Below, one piece after another: positions 1 through 14,168 of a stretch of DNA of 64,000 bases. The stretch covers positions 236,661,741-236,725,740 of the forward strand of contig CM041465.1 of the NCBI GenBank assembly GCA_023213395.1. The letters are read 5' to 3'. Below the pieces are notes generated by a model, which was not told where the DNA came from, ran no database searches, and was given only the letters and a program-made list of their open reading frames with translations. Both the position numbers and the translations under genes were made by a program. This stretch comes from Cycas panzhihuaensis. Lineage: Eukaryota > Plantae > Cycadophyta. Position 1 is the stretch's first letter. Each line of letters opens with the position of its first letter.

Positions 1-214
1 TTTTCAAGAGATATTTATCTCATCTCTTTTGGTTTGGTACTAGTTTTAATGGTTTCATTATAAATTTCTCCTTTTACTACCTATTTTAAAAGGAAAAATT
101 GGTGAAATATTAGTCAATAAGGGAAAGATTACTATGATAAGGCACATATGTGATAGTATAAATTGAGGATCTTATGATTATATAGTTCATTTTCCTTGAT
201 TCTTCACTTGTTTC

Positions 215-240
215 CTTCTTCTTCTTCTTCTTCTTCTTCT
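215..240. repeat. (CTT)n microsatellite
   Basis: About 8-9 consecutive CTT units. Confidence 0.9.
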
Positions 241-1399
241 AGAAGATGCACAATTAGAAAAAGAGTAAAGGGAATAAACTTTGTATGCCTCTTGTTTACT
301 CTTTTCTTTTATAAGAAATATAATCAATTTAATAATTTCATAGTTGTATGCTATTGAATCAATGGTGAAATCTTTCTTTGTTCCTAATCTAATTTCTTAA
401 TATGATGTGCGAGTTAAGTTCTTACTTTCATGGTGAATCTACACATTGTATACCATCTTTCATGGCTTGTTCAAGTGGACTTTGAGGTTTCATGTTAACT
501 TTATACTTTGCATGCTAAATTTTATGATTTATTTCCTTTATTTGGAGTTATTCCATGGTTGAAAAATTATAAAATTCATCAAAGATCATACACGTAAGTA
601 GAAGAAGTCTAGAACGAGCTTCATACCACTTTAACCCTCATTTTTTTAGGTAGGTATGAAATATTTCCTTTAAAAAGTTTGTTTCTTGTACCTTTTTGTT
701 TGAAATAAAAGTTTGTTTGAAGATTTTAATTTAGATTCTTTTGTTCATTGATAAGATTTCCTTAAAAAAAAGAAAAAAAGAGTCAATGTGATTTCTTATT
801 TCTTTATTTGATTTAAAGAGTGGTTTTCCTTAGATTTATTAGTCTCTTTTGTTACTTTTTATAAGTGTGTGATCAAATTATTATTTTTTTTTAACCTTTT
901 CTGCAATTAATTAAACCTAAAACATTAAAAAATATAAGGGAAAGAATAACAAAAAATAAGAAAACAGAACAAAAACATTGTTAGTGTAGCTTTGAACTTA
1001 GATCTCCTTTACTTGATTATATAGGCTAGCATATTCCTTTACCAAGTACCATTCACATATCCTAGCCTTTTGCTTTTCATCATAACCAATTATATAATAT
1101 AGCTAAGTAGAGACTCCTTCTTAGGAGTTAGAAAAAGTTGGTTCTATGGTTCTTGTAAGTTGATATATCTATCGATATCCATTAGAAATAGAAGAAACAT
1201 AAAGTTATTGAGAGGTACTTAGCCTAGATTGATTCTTAAATAACCATGTTCATGATTATTCAAGTCATGGAGGATTAAGATTTTAAAGATATACATGAGG
1301 AGAAGATTAAGATCACAACCTTGAGAGATGAACTGTAGGTGAGTATAGGATGTTCAATTAAACAATCTCTAAGGGGAAAGGGATTAGCCTTTAAGCAAC

Positions 1400-4300
1400 A
1401 TATTATCGAGAAGTAAGAAGGGTATTGTTCATAAAATTGGCCTTAGTATTAAACATTTGGTAAATCATGAGAGAAGTGAAATTAAGAAAGATTACAAATA
1501 TGAATAGAGGTTTATTAATAATATAATTTATAAATTACATGAATAATACATGAACTGCTTTGCTATTCAAGGATCATTTTAGACTATTGAAGGATAAAAG
1601 GAAACCTATAGATTATTAGATATATTAGTAGCCTATTACAAAATAAAATAGATTAGTTAAGTGTTGAAAAACACCAAACATAGGATCCAACTATTTGTAT
1701 TAACAATGAAAGGTCATCATAATGAGCCAAAATTAGGGAAGAGCAAGAGAATAATACAAGTGCAACTTATAGTTTTTTTGTATTTTTTATTATTTTTATG
1801 GTATTTTTGGATAGTGAAGTATCTACATTTAGTTTATTCTCACTTTTAAAGTGGTGCCTCCTAAGCATGAGTCTTAGGGGGAGGTGAAAGATTTGAGCTA
1901 CCATAGTTTTTGCTCATTAGTAGGAGGATTTTTAGAGCCATAGTTTATACTCATTATGAAGTTAGTTTGGCTTAGGGCTCATGGTAGAGAAAAGGATGTC
2001 AAGATGAATAAGAATTCTATCTTGATCTAAAAAACCTTCAATAAAGAAGGTCACCTCAAAGTTTATCCTATGAGTAAGAAATTAGTTAGTGAAATATAAA
2101 GGAAAGAACAATTGAGGAGGGAATTTTAGAATGGTAAAAGGGGTTATAATGAGATGCACTGGCCTTATGCTATTATAATCAAGAGGTAACTTATTGGAGG
2201 GATTATTAGACTAACTATTCTCCTTAGGGGAAGACTCTAATAAAGGTCTTGGTTTACTAGTTGGTACTAAATATGTAAGAAAGGTTATTCCTAATGACAT
2301 TAGATTCCTTTCCTTAAAGGGAAATGCAATTGACTTAAGGGGAATGGTATGGTTAAGGATTTGGAAAGGAGGGTGGATGACCTATTCAAAAGTGGTCTTA
2401 GACTTACAAGGATGTTGCACAAGATGTTTACAAGTTTGAGGTGGGTTGTATAGAACCAATTCATGACAAGAATTAGTATGAATTAAAGGAATGCCCTATA
2501 AAGGCTTCTTAAGAGTTATGTCACATCTCACCAAAGAGAGCTCCTTATAATGTAACTAAGGCAAAGTATTTGAGAGGGAGCTCTTTAAATCAATATTAGA
2601 AGCATTTAATAGAAGATTTTGAAAAGATGGATAAGAAGAGGACTTTAAGTTTGGACTAGATTATAGGACCTTAACTTGCCTTAGTGGGCATGTGGTGGAA
2701 GACAAAGCAAGTGGTCATGGAATCATCCCAAGTGAAATAAGCATGGGTATGGTAGGTGTGTTAAGGGTAAGGGAAATACCTAGTGAATCAAGTCTAACCC
2801 TTAAAGGAACATATGGGGTGGATTAATTAGAAGTGGATAATTTAATCCCATCATCTTAGGGTTGAATCTCCTCTTCCAATGGCTTAGGTTTAGTTGTTTC
2901 TAAAGGTCAATTTTCCCAATCTAATAGGCTAAGGTCATGAAAGTAGGACCATTGAGCCTACAAGGTAGGAGTGGCACAAGACTTAATAAAAAGGTCTAGA
3001 ACCTCATCAAGGTAAGTATAGTGATCAAGCCTAAGAGGAAGCTCATTAAGTTGATTGAAGAGATCATGATAGGTTTCTTTAGGTATCTCTAAATTAGAAG
3101 TAAAAGGTAGGTCAATGAGAGGTTCTAAGACCTCATCACTGTTAGAGGAAGTAGAGCCTTCATTTTTTGGTTGAGAATCTATTTTAGGGATAAACCAGTC
3201 TAAAAAGGGCTCACAACTTAACTCAAAGGGAGGTACAAAAGAATGTATAGTATCACAAATAGGGAAGCTACCAATGAGACTGGTCATAATTGATGACCCT
3301 ACATCTTGTTATGAGTGAGTAGTGGTAGATATTAATAGGTAACTACCATTGTCTAATACAAATATGTTTCACATTCTTTTGATAGATTTAGGCTTAAGTG
3401 TAAAACTATATTAACCATTTCAAGAGTGGTATCAAGAGGCTTTACTTAGTAAGCAACTGGTGAAGTTATATATGGATGGGTTAATTACATAGTATATTTA
3501 TAGATTTGATAAAGTAGTTCTTTAGAAATTTAATTTGGACATACATCATCAAGATGTATGATATGCTCACAAAATGTGGTTTTAAATTTACTATCATTTT
3601 ATTTGATCACAAAGTGGGCTTTTTATTCAACTAAAAATAGGAAAGTGATATCAAAGTCACTAATAAAGACATCTATCAGTTGTTGGAATAAGGAGATTAA
3701 GTTCTGGGGTAACTAATAAAACCACTAGAGTGCACTACCTTATAACATCCTTGGAAAAAGTTTCATTAGTAAGAGGTCATAGGGTATATAGTAAGCACAT
3801 ACAAAGGTAAATGCTTTGATGTGGCTTAAAGGATCTTGCCCAAGTATCCCCCAAAATATAGGTAACTTAGGAATGATAAGGGGAAGCAATAAAGGGAAAC
3901 CTCACATGGAAAGGGGCTCTTTATTTTTACAACCTTACCTTCAAGTGTTGTGGTCATATGAGAAGGGGATTGTTGATGGACTTGAGTATAACTCTTAGGG
4001 CTTATACCCAAGTAAGAGGCATAATTGAGGGGAACTCAATCAATAAGATCTTGTATAATGATATAAGTGTAGATAAAAGTAGAGGCAACCCAAGCTAGGT
4101 TCTACTCATAAGGATGTATAAGAGGGGTTTGAAGATAAGACATAAGTGCTCCTTGAGATATTTAAGGATGGTATGGTTTATAGCCAATAGATTGGCTAGA
4201 GTAATATTATGGGATAATTATAGGACATGATTTATAAGTAGTGGTATATATTTTCCAAGAGTATAGAGCATGCGATTAAAGGGTTACTTACTCCATTCTT

Positions 4301-4500
4301 AATATGTATAAAGTTTATTGAGGAGGCAAGATTGAAGAAGGTTGAGATACGTGCAATTAAATATCCATGGAGGATATGGATAAGATGCAAAAATCAAGAT
4401 TATATAAGAGTGGTAGGAAGTTTTAGCAACTTCCTCATATAGTTGCCATGAAATATTCAGAGGTTAGGGGGCCTAGTTGACTAAGTTGACTAAGAAGTGA
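1400..4500 (-). mobile_element. Highly degenerate Ty3/gypsy gag-pol remnant
   Basis: Minus-strand translation gives a gag-like PYDLLLMKLFPR (~3750-3785), resembling the gag of the element at 45130. An RNase H-like PFIVNTNS..GVF lies at ~1660-1720 and a weak RT-like ILIHLDILF at ~1990-2020. Many stops; boundaries unresolved. Confidence 0.45.
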
Positions 4501-6445
4501 GAGCTTTAAAGCAACTAGTTCTAACCAAGACTTTTGACCTTATTTAAGGAAATAGGGATGATTTCTCTAGGTTTGAAATTAGAAGGTTTAAGGTACAAGT
4601 TATAAGGCACTTGTTTGGTTTGTTATTTTTTATTTATATAAAAAATAAAAATATTTTAAAATTAAAGAAAATAAAATATAATGAATAAACTAAGATCAAA
4701 ATCTCTTTTTTATTATAGATAAGAGCAATTAATCCCTTGTCTAGAAAGGGGTACCTTGAGGGAAGCTTTTCCCTAATCAATGTCCTATGGCTTCCTACTC
4801 TTCTACCCTTTTAAAGTTTTAGATTAGAGAGGGGGCCCTAGACCTTATGTCCACCCTTAAAAGAAATGTTATATCATTCTATACTAAGGAAAGGAAGGAT
4901 TAATGAATGAGAGGATTCAAGAGAAATTAGACCCTAGATTAATGACCCTATTAGGTGTTAGTTGTTGGGGACTCACTCACTTGATGATAATCCACCTGTG
5001 AGGATGGATGGCCTAGGGATATCCACATATGACTTTGATAGGCTCTCACATTTAGAGGTAAAGGAGAATAAAGAAGCCACTCTCAACCTAAAATGTGATA
5101 GTGGACTACCACTTTTAGGATTCAAAACATAACTAGAAATAAAGTGACTCCCAAAGAAGGGGGAGTTTAATATGCTAGGGAGATGAGGGCCCAGTTAATC
5201 AAAGACTCCATTATAATGGGATGTATTCACTTCTAAGAGAAGGATAGTGTTGATATATTAGGAGAATCACTACTCAGTCAATCAACAAGATCCTAACAAA
5301 TAGAAGTGGGCCTATTCTAGGGGGACCAACAAGTAGTTAATCCTAAATATAAATCTATGTGTAACATTTTATTTGTATGAGCAAGTAATCAAAATATCAA
5401 ATAAAGCAATTTAAGATTAATGCAATATGAATATATTCCCTAATGTAATCTAAGTGATTCTTTATTTAGAAATATAACTTTAAATGCTCTATTTGTTTAT
5501 TTATTTAAGGAAATTAAATAAAACCTAGAGAAATAAAAAGGATTCTTTTGTTGTACTTATAATTATCCTAGCTAGAGTTCTTTTTCATCTTTACAGAAGG
5601 AGAAAGGACTTAAGTAAATTATAAAAGTAAAGGAGAAATAGAAAATTGCCTAATAATGTAGTCCTTAATTGCCTTCAAAAGGTAACATGTCTTATAACTA
5701 GGGATTTGAAAGAGAAAGACAAGTATTCTAACTAATGAAAAGTTATAAATCAACCACAAAAATATAGCTTGATAAAACAAAACTAAAAAGAAACTTATCT
5801 AAACTTTTTCTTTTTATTAAAAAAGTCAAATAACAAGCAAATTTACTTGAAAAGAATAACTTATAAGAAAAAGAAAGTACCAGAGGTCAGTGTCCTTATC
5901 CCATAATATGCTCCCAAATCAATCTCATAATTCGGTTGAAAGAAAGAAAGGGACAATGGAGAAGAAAAGAGAGGGAATCTTGAGAAGAAGAAGAGAAAGA
6001 AAAGAGAAATGGAAGAATGTAGAGAGAAAAAGTAGAGGAAAAAGGAAGGAATACTTTAACTCCAACTTCCTAAAGCTTGATTGGCCTTGGAAAAGATATA
6101 GGCTTGAAAGAGAAAGCTATTTTAGAAGCTACATCAGAACCTAAGTAAGTTTTCCAATCTCTCTTAATCTTTTCCTTAAAATCTCCTCAAGATTAAGCTC
6201 CAATGTAGACCTACAAGAGAAAAAAACTAGATTTTTATATAAGATTTGACATTAAACTAATTTAAATCTATGAACTTTGAGACTTGATTTCTCTAACTCT
6301 ACTTATTTTAACTTTTAAAGATGCCTAAGATTTTATGAGAGTTCCATATTTATAGAGAAAATTATGAACAAAATAGTGGAGAAATTAGGGAGAGAGTATT
6401 AGTGGTTACTATTAGTAATTCTTTTCTTTTTGTGGGTAGAGAGAT

Positions 6446-6645
6446 GAAAAATATGATAAACAGTGAAAAACATGATCAATATTGCCAAAAACATGACAAA
6501 TGGTGAAAAACATAATAACTGGTGTAAAAAATAAGAGAAAGGATAAAAAACATGACAAATGTTGTAAAAAACATGACAAATATTGTTAAAAACATAATAG
6601 CTATTGCGCAAAATGCAATACATGTTGTAAAATATATGATAAATA
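6446..6645. repeat. Degenerate ~20-21 bp tandem repeat (AAAAACATGACAAATGTTGT-like)
   Basis: About 8-9 imperfect units of aaaaacatgacaaatgttgt / aaaaacatgatcaatattg. Explains the spurious ORF 6399-6707. Confidence 0.75.
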
Positions 6646-7490
6646 TTTTTTGAGTAAAAATAAAGGTTTTTTAGATAGAATTTAAAAATTCCAAAGAGAA
6701 AATACATTATAAAATAAGAATTTGGTCTAACAAAGAGTCAATTACATAATTAAAAGGATAATTAAAGAGAAAATAATGTCATATGATTAATAACTAGATT
6801 GATAAGATGAATAAATTAGGAGCACTTCAACAGGGACTTAATTCATTAAACATAATAATGATCTTTCAATCATTAGCAATACAAATCAAGCACAATCAAA
6901 ACTAGTATAATTTAAAGCAACTCATAATCCCAAGAAGCCTCTATACTACCATGTAATAAAGTAGCTAAATCCCAATAATAAATAAAAGGTAAGAGACCTA
7001 ACTATTATCTAGAGAAAGGCATAGTTGATTGAAATAATCCTAAATTAGATCTACTTCCACAAACATAAAAGAAAATTGAATTAAAATCTAAATACAAGAA
7101 ATTTCCTTAGGTATCAAATGCCAAATAAAATTAGGATTAACCCGGAAATAAAATTTACAAAATAAGTTAGGGATTTCCTCTATTTACAGGTGCCACTTTG
7201 GCTCCTTATAAAAGAACCTAGTTCAATAATAATATTAATAATAAAATACCAACTTCCTTATAAAAAAATTAACTTCATATTAAAAGTATTACTCTCTAAT
7301 AAAAATAATGATAAGACTAACTTCTAATAAAATACTAACTCTCCTTAATGTTATAATAATATTTTATCTAAGATAGCATCTTATATTGTATAATTATTTA
7401 ATGAGGTTTATTTGGTAATCCCTATTTGTTGTAAGAATGACAAGTGACTTACATGTAGTAAGTAGTTACTAAATTCTCTTTATACTTATA

Positions 7491-8675
7491 TTGGCCAAGG
7501 TGTGGAAGTTGGGGATCCTTCCGAAGATAGCCGCTTTTTGGTGGCTATGCCTACAAAACAAAATCCTCACAATGGATAATCTCATGAAGAGAGGTATCCA
7601 GTTGGCAAATAGGTGTGTTCTCTGTAAGGAGGAAGCAGAGACTTTGGATCACCTTTGTATTCATTGCCCCTATGCCTGTGGTATTTGGAGTGATATCTGG
7701 AATAGGCTGGGTTTAGTATGGGTCTCCTCTAAAGGCCTAAGAGATCAGTGGATTGCCTGGAATTCTCCATTCAAGAGTAAGATGTTGTCTAATATCTAGA
7801 AGATGATCCTCCTAGTTGGCTCATGGAATATCTGGAAAGAACAAAATAGGAGAATCTTTGAAGGAAAGGAGACAAACAAAGAGATATTGGTGGCAGTGAT
7901 CAGGAAGGGTATATCTTAAATGTTGATTCCACTAAAGGAGGACAAGGTGCCTACAGGGGAAGAAGGTATACTAGAGGACTGGGGAGTGGGTATCCCGAAG
8001 CAGGGTAGATTAAGGAGGCCAGCTATCAAATGGACCCCCCCAGATATAACTTGGGAAAAAATTAATTTTGATGGTGTTGCCAAAGGTAACCCTGGAGAGG
8101 CGGGAGGGGGAGGTCTCTGTAGGGATCACATGGGGAATCTGAGATGGGCTTTTGCAGAATATCTGGGCATCCAAACAAACCAGAGAGCAGAGGTGAGGGC
8201 CATGCAAAGGGCGGTTGTTTTGATGGACGAGGAGGGAGCTCAGAAGGTGGTCATTGAAAGTGACTCCATGTACGTGATAAGCTGCTTAAGGGGGGAAACA
8301 TAACCAGGATGGATCAATATAGATATTGTAAGAGATGTGAAATAGGTATTGAAGTTAAAAGTTGGAGTACAGATTCAACATACTTATAGAGAAGGGAACT
8401 CAGCAGCGGATTGGCTAGCAAATTGGGCTGTGGCAAATAAGAGAACTATGGTTTGGAAGATGGACTTCCTGGAAGAGTTACTGAGACTGGTGAGGATTGA
8501 TGCATATAGGGGTGAGACTGATAGGATTGACTGAGAGGATTCTCTCTTAATTTGGGCTAGGCCATGGGCTTGTCATGGTCACCTGTCATGTATAGCTGGA
8601 CTTTGATGTATGAGGTTTGGGGACCTAGTTAAAACCCCTTCAATATTATTTTACCTTATCAAAAAACAAAAAAAA
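7491..8675 (+). mobile_element. 5'-truncated L1-clade LINE (zf-RVT + RNase H + 3' UTR + poly-A)
   Basis: ORF pieces PKIAAFWW..CVLCKEEAETLDHL..HC, KINFDGVAKGNPGEAGGGG and HTYREGNSAADWLAN; A-tail at 8661-8675. Homologous to the 3' end of the LINE at 15600-16780. Confidence 0.95.
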
Positions 8676-9438
8676 GATTATCTCTCATATCACCAATAAA
8701 GAATTCTCATTCTTTGAATGTTTTTATTATGTTAGTAAAGCATGAGTTCTAATAAGGATTTCTAAAACTAGAAAAACTCTAGTGAATCTCTATATATTTG
8801 TTGAGTCTTAAAGAAGACAACAAAGAAAGGAAAAGACATTGAAGAAAGAGATTTTTGTTGGATACTATGATAATGTAAAGACTATGTTTAGAATCGTACA
8901 AGACTATATAGACTTGGAAAATTCAAAATGCTAAAATTTTCCTAAAATTTAACTAGCAAGGTTATTTTGAAGAGTATATCACTTCCTTCCAAAGGCCTGG
9001 CTTAAAATTTCTTCATCTTCATGGTGTTTTACTTGACTTTTAATCATATGTAAGTTTGAAGACATTTGTGTAAACTTCTCTCAAATCACTTATTCAATCT
9101 AGATAAAATCTATCTAAATTTCTTCCTCTATTTATGACAATTATTTTGCATATAACTTTGAAGGGTTTCACTATATATTTATGAAGTTAAAAGCATTTTG
9201 TACTTAAAACCCTAGTTGCATGCCTATATTTTTAGACTAGAATTATAGTAAACCAAGATTTTTTTAAAAAAAATTTTTACATATTCAGAATCCCCATCTT
9301 GAGATCCTTTTTTGGCACCCAGATTCAATTCATTCCATACATCTATACCTTTGTATGAATTTTCATACAACCATATGGACAATCAAATTTAGGACCTGAA
9401 TCTTACTTTGATAACATCTATCTATTTCATTTTTGAAT

Positions 9439-11597
9439 ATGACATCCTCTATTTTAGCATTGAGTGAATAAGATAAACTTACTGGACTAAATTACCATGT
9501 GTGGAAGATTAAAATTGAGAGCCTTTTGAGAGTAAAAATTACCTAATATATAACTATAGGAAAGGAGAATGGGCTAGCTAATACTGCTGGCCAACCTAGC
9601 TGAGATTATATGAATAATTCTAGTGTAATAATATTAAAACTATCTATTTCAGATTTTTTATTATTGTATTTTGAAGGGATGAATTTATCTAAAGAAATCT
9701 AAATGGTGTATGCTAACCTTTATAGTCAAAAGAATGAAGCTAGAATAGTAGCTTTGAAAGAAGAACCATATAAACTCCATATGAGAAAGAAAGAGAATAT
9801 TTCTAAATTTGTTAATAAAATCACATCTATCATAAATGATTTGATTAGTGTTAGAGCAAACATTCTAAAACTGGAACTTATTTAAATAATTGTCAACAAG
9901 CTTCTAAAGTTGTTTGATAATATAATAAATACTATAACCAATAATAATTAAACTACAACAATGACTATTGAGACTCTAATTGGTCTTTTGTTAAGATAGG
10001 AACAAAGAAATAGAAGATATAAGGAAGAATTAGAAATTGAAGAAGTATTCTTATCTATATTTAGTTTAAGAATTAGAGGATAAAGATAACCTTCCTTCAG
10101 AGGTTACAACACCTGGCATTAGAGATCAACCTAAAGGAAGATGGCAAGATAGGAGGTAGAGGAAGATTAGTTCCACTAAGAGACTTCAGGGTTTGTTTTA
10201 ATTATAGAAGACCATGGCACTTTTCTAATAATTATCAAGTTTTTGATGTGTATTATCACTATGGATAAAGAGGACACTATCCCTACTAGTGACCTCAAAT
10301 GTAAGTTGAAACCTAGAGGGGAAAATGACCTATAAGAAATTATAATAAAGAGAAAAGTAATCTTAAAGAATATAATTAAGAAGAGGTATACTTTATAGTT
10401 GCACTCACTACTTGCACTAAAGATGAAGATGTCTAGTACATTGACTCTGGGCATCCAAACACATGATAGGATGAAAAGAATGGTTTGAATATTTGAATCC
10501 ATATCCTCTTAATAAATTGGTAGAAATAGGGAATACATATCCCCTTTATATTTAAGGCATTAGGTCAATAGAAGTTGGAATAAAAAGGGAAAGTGTTAAA
10601 AATTAGCAATGTCCTCTTTGTCTTAGGTTTAAAGAAAATATTACTATTTATCTTCCAACTTAAGAAGAAGAAGCTAAGAACCATCTTTGATAAAAATAGG
10701 TTTTATCATATTTTAGATATGAAAGGAGGAGAAACAATACTGGCAAATGGCATAGAAGGCAATAATCTTTACAAACTGCTTTCTAGTCCTATCTATATCA
10801 CTTCAAATGGTGATGCAAAGTCCTTTCTTATTTTCAATACTAATAATAAAAAACTCTAGTATTTAAAGTATGGGCATATCTCAAATGATATATTAGAATT
10901 ATTAAAAAATTATAATACGGTTCATGAGATTCTAGATATATCATTTTATTCTTTTATTTATAAAAGTTATTTGTTGAATAAACAACATAAATTTCCATTT
11001 TAAAAAAGTGTGTGGTGAACATAAAGTAAATTAGAACTAGTGCATTTAGATCTTTGTGGGTCCATTTCCCTAAGCTCACTTAATAGAGAAAGATACTTCC
11101 TCACATTTATTGATAATTTCTTTAGAAGAGTTTGCGTATACTTTGTCTATAATAAATTAAAGATACTTGATAAATTCAAAGAATTTAAAGCTGAAAAGTG
11201 ATAATAAATTAAAATATATTTGGTCCACTTGTAGAGGATAATACACATGAAAAGAATATATTTTAGTGTTATTATAAAAATCATGGAATACACTGATAAA
11301 TAACTACTTCCCACATATATCAATTAAATGGTGTTGTAAACTAAATAAATAGAACTATCATGGAAATGACTCATAGCCTAATTTAGGACAAGCAGGTTCC
11401 TAAGGCATATTGGGATAAAGTTATAAAATAAAAGTCAAACCTAAGCCTGAAACAAGGTAACTCCCGAAGAAACATGGATGGGATACATGCCTAATATAAG
11501 TAATCTTAAAATTTTTAGATGTCAAGCTTTTGTTCATATTCTTGATAAGAAAAGGACCAAACTTGATCGTTAAAAGTATATAATGCATAATGATATG
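9439..11597 (+). pseudogene. copia A gag-protease-integrase (disrupted)
   Basis: Gag N-terminus DKLTGLNYHVWKIKIE, decayed zinc knuckles ~10190-10290, protease (W)YIDSG..KHM ~10434, integrase LELVHLDLCG ~11031 and KLD.KSI.CIMI ~11560. Confidence 0.9.
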
Positions 11598-14168
11598 TGT
11601 TTCCTGGCTACCGGGAATGGACTCAAGATGCATCGACTTAGGTAAGCTTAGGTATATATTCTCGCTTCTCTCTACTCTTGCTTGACTGAGGTTATTTAGT
11701 GTAGACTGCTTGACGCAGGCTTGCTTGCCATTTATATACTTGCATTGTCTTCTTGCTTGATCACTCTGCATGTGCTTACCGCATGCCTTTCAGCCTATGA
11801 TGACTCACAATGGGGGTATTCTCTAGCAAATGCTACACCTCATATGGTGCATAGCCACCCACTTCATCTCCATGACCCCTCAGGATGCCTCATCCAGTTG
11901 TGTTCACCCTTTTTATGACAGCTTGTTCATGTTGCAGTCTCTTCCATGTCTGATTGAATCCCTGGTTGAGACCCAGTTCACTTTCCTGGCTACTTGTCCA
12001 TCACCTAGGTACCCCCCCAATTGTTTCCAGCCTTGATTTGCTCCTCATTTAGCTCCAAATCCCTGTTTTGGTCTTAATTTTGTTTCTAGTCTCGTACCAC
12101 TGTAAACTTAGCAGTACCGCGATCTTTGCCACAGTACCGTGAAGTTTACCGCGGTATGACTGTTTAAAAAAGTTTTTTAAATCACGTGATAGTTCTCGCT
12201 TTTTTCGTGGAACTGCCACGTGGCACTTGCACATTTGAACTGCCCTGAGATCCCCAACGTTCACTAGCAGTGAGCATGGGATAAAACCAAATGACTCCTT
12301 CATTTTCAGGGGTTCTTAGCTCATTTCTACATACAACTCTACCAATTTTTCATAGAAACTATTGCAGAACTAAGACTTTTAGCTGCTGTTCTTTACTAGA
12401 GACCATTGTTGTCTCTCATGCTCAGGAACAACAAGCTCAACATCTTTTTGTAGGTCTACAAAGTTACAAGAAGGACACTTCTCAAGGTCTTCAAAAGAGC
12501 AAGCACCAAAGGGCCCAAAATCACCGAGACTTTTCATACATTGGTCTCCTCCTCCAAACCTGCCATCAAACATTACTAAGTGCTAGTTTTTTCTGCTATT
12601 TTCTAGCAGATATATACTTCTTCTCCTCCCTACAAGGTACTCTACTTGTTTACTTCATGATTTATACCTCTTTTTTACAGTTTTTATGAATAAATACTTG
12701 TATTTACTTTCTTGATTCCTTACTTAGTTTGTTACTAGATCTTGAGATTTGAGGAGTGTAGTGCTTCCCCTTATAGTCTTGCAAGCCTACCTTAAGGTGG
12801 CTGTGCAAAGGGGGTTATATAAAGGAAATTTGAGGGAGAAAAGCGGGGCCAGTCCCCCTTGCAGACCTTCTCTCCAAGGGTCCAAACCCTTTTTCCTTTC
12901 CCCCTGCACCTATTGCCTCTCTTAAAGCTTGGCCAGAGACTTGGGAACCTACTCCCAAATTTGAACCAGCGTTGGCAGCTCCTTGTCACACTGGTTCCAA
13001 CCCCTTATTCTCTGGTTTTGGGTACCTCATAAGCCCCAAAACTGCTCTTCTTTGGTTTATAACTCGTAACCCATCCACTTAGACAATTTGTTGCCCATAT
13101 CACTTCATCCTTTGGGTGCGCTTGCCTACTTTCCCTTCAATTTTTCCTTCTCATTGTTTACTGCCCCATGTTATTCCTGCAAGTTCATTTTCCTTTCTCG
13201 AGGCTAAGTGGAGACTTTCCATGGGTGAGTTAGCCATTCCGAGGCTATACTCTTGTTTTGGGTGTCAATTACGGTGACTGTTTGTGGAAATCTTGTTGGA
13301 AGTTATTTCATTAAATAATATGCACATGCTTAACTTAGTTTGATTCTATTTCTTCTAAGTTTAGATACATATGTTAGATCTATTTTGTGGCCCCTCTTCT
13401 GAGAGGGAGAAACCTATTTATTTGATTGATAGGATCTCGCATTTGTGGAGTTGCATATGAAACAAACCCATTTGCAGGTTAGTTCTATATTTGTTACTTT
13501 TCATTATTTTCCGTCATTTGCTGTTCACTTTTTGCATACATTGGGGAGGTAAGCTAGCCCCTCTTCGGTCATTCACGGCATCCATCGCCAATCGGTTTCA
13601 CGTGTGTAACAAGTAGAGCGGGAAGGTGTGAGAAGTGAAGAGACGTGTAGTGCTCCGTTCAGACACCAGTCGAGGTACTTTTCTTACCCTTACATATTTT
13701 CTTTATAGTGTTGTTCTTTGTGCACATGCTTGCATGTTAAGAAACACATAGGAAACTGAAATGAGGAAAAGAACACATACTTGCACTTTATGTGTCTTTT
13801 ATTTGGTGGTTAATCTATTACACTTAGATAGTTCCTTTCGAGCTCGAGCTATCTGTACTTTGCTCTCTTGACTAGCCTACACATAGACACCATGTTACAC
13901 ATATATCCCCCGCACGTGTTGCCTTCTCACCTCCTTGAGAAGACACAACTTGCTAGGCTCTTTCCTCCTCTTCCCGGCCATCCGAGGGGTAGGAAGGCCT
14001 CACCCTTTGTGACTACCTAGAAGCAACCAGGCACCTCTGCAGGTCCCAAATCTATGCTTCAGCACACAGATGCCCTGTGAGGTGAGTCCTTGCTATTTAG
14101 CCTAACCTAGTCTTGCATAACCCATTTCTTACTAAACGTAGGGATACCGCCCCATGGGTAGCATTTCA
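11598..14168 (+). mobile_element. Solo LTR (2571 bp) of a Tat-like Ty3/gypsy family
   Basis: TG...CA termini with perfect TSD ATATG (11593-11597 and 14169-14173). Removing it restores copia CIMICYSK. Start, middle and end are homologous to the LTRs at 40401-43597 and 63090 onward. Confidence 0.92.

Noticed and set aside
5890-6144. Lys/Arg/Glu-rich ORF
   Set aside because: Purine-rich low-complexity sequence with no true ATG context or homology.
6446-6645. CRISPR-like repeat array
   Set aside because: No unique spacers, degenerate tandem units, and a eukaryotic TE context.
6399-6707. 102-aa hydrophobic ORF
   Set aside because: It is a translation of the 21-bp tandem repeat.
12291-12689. 132-aa ORF in the solo LTR
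   Set aside because: No domain similarity and no equivalent ORF in the other LTR copies.
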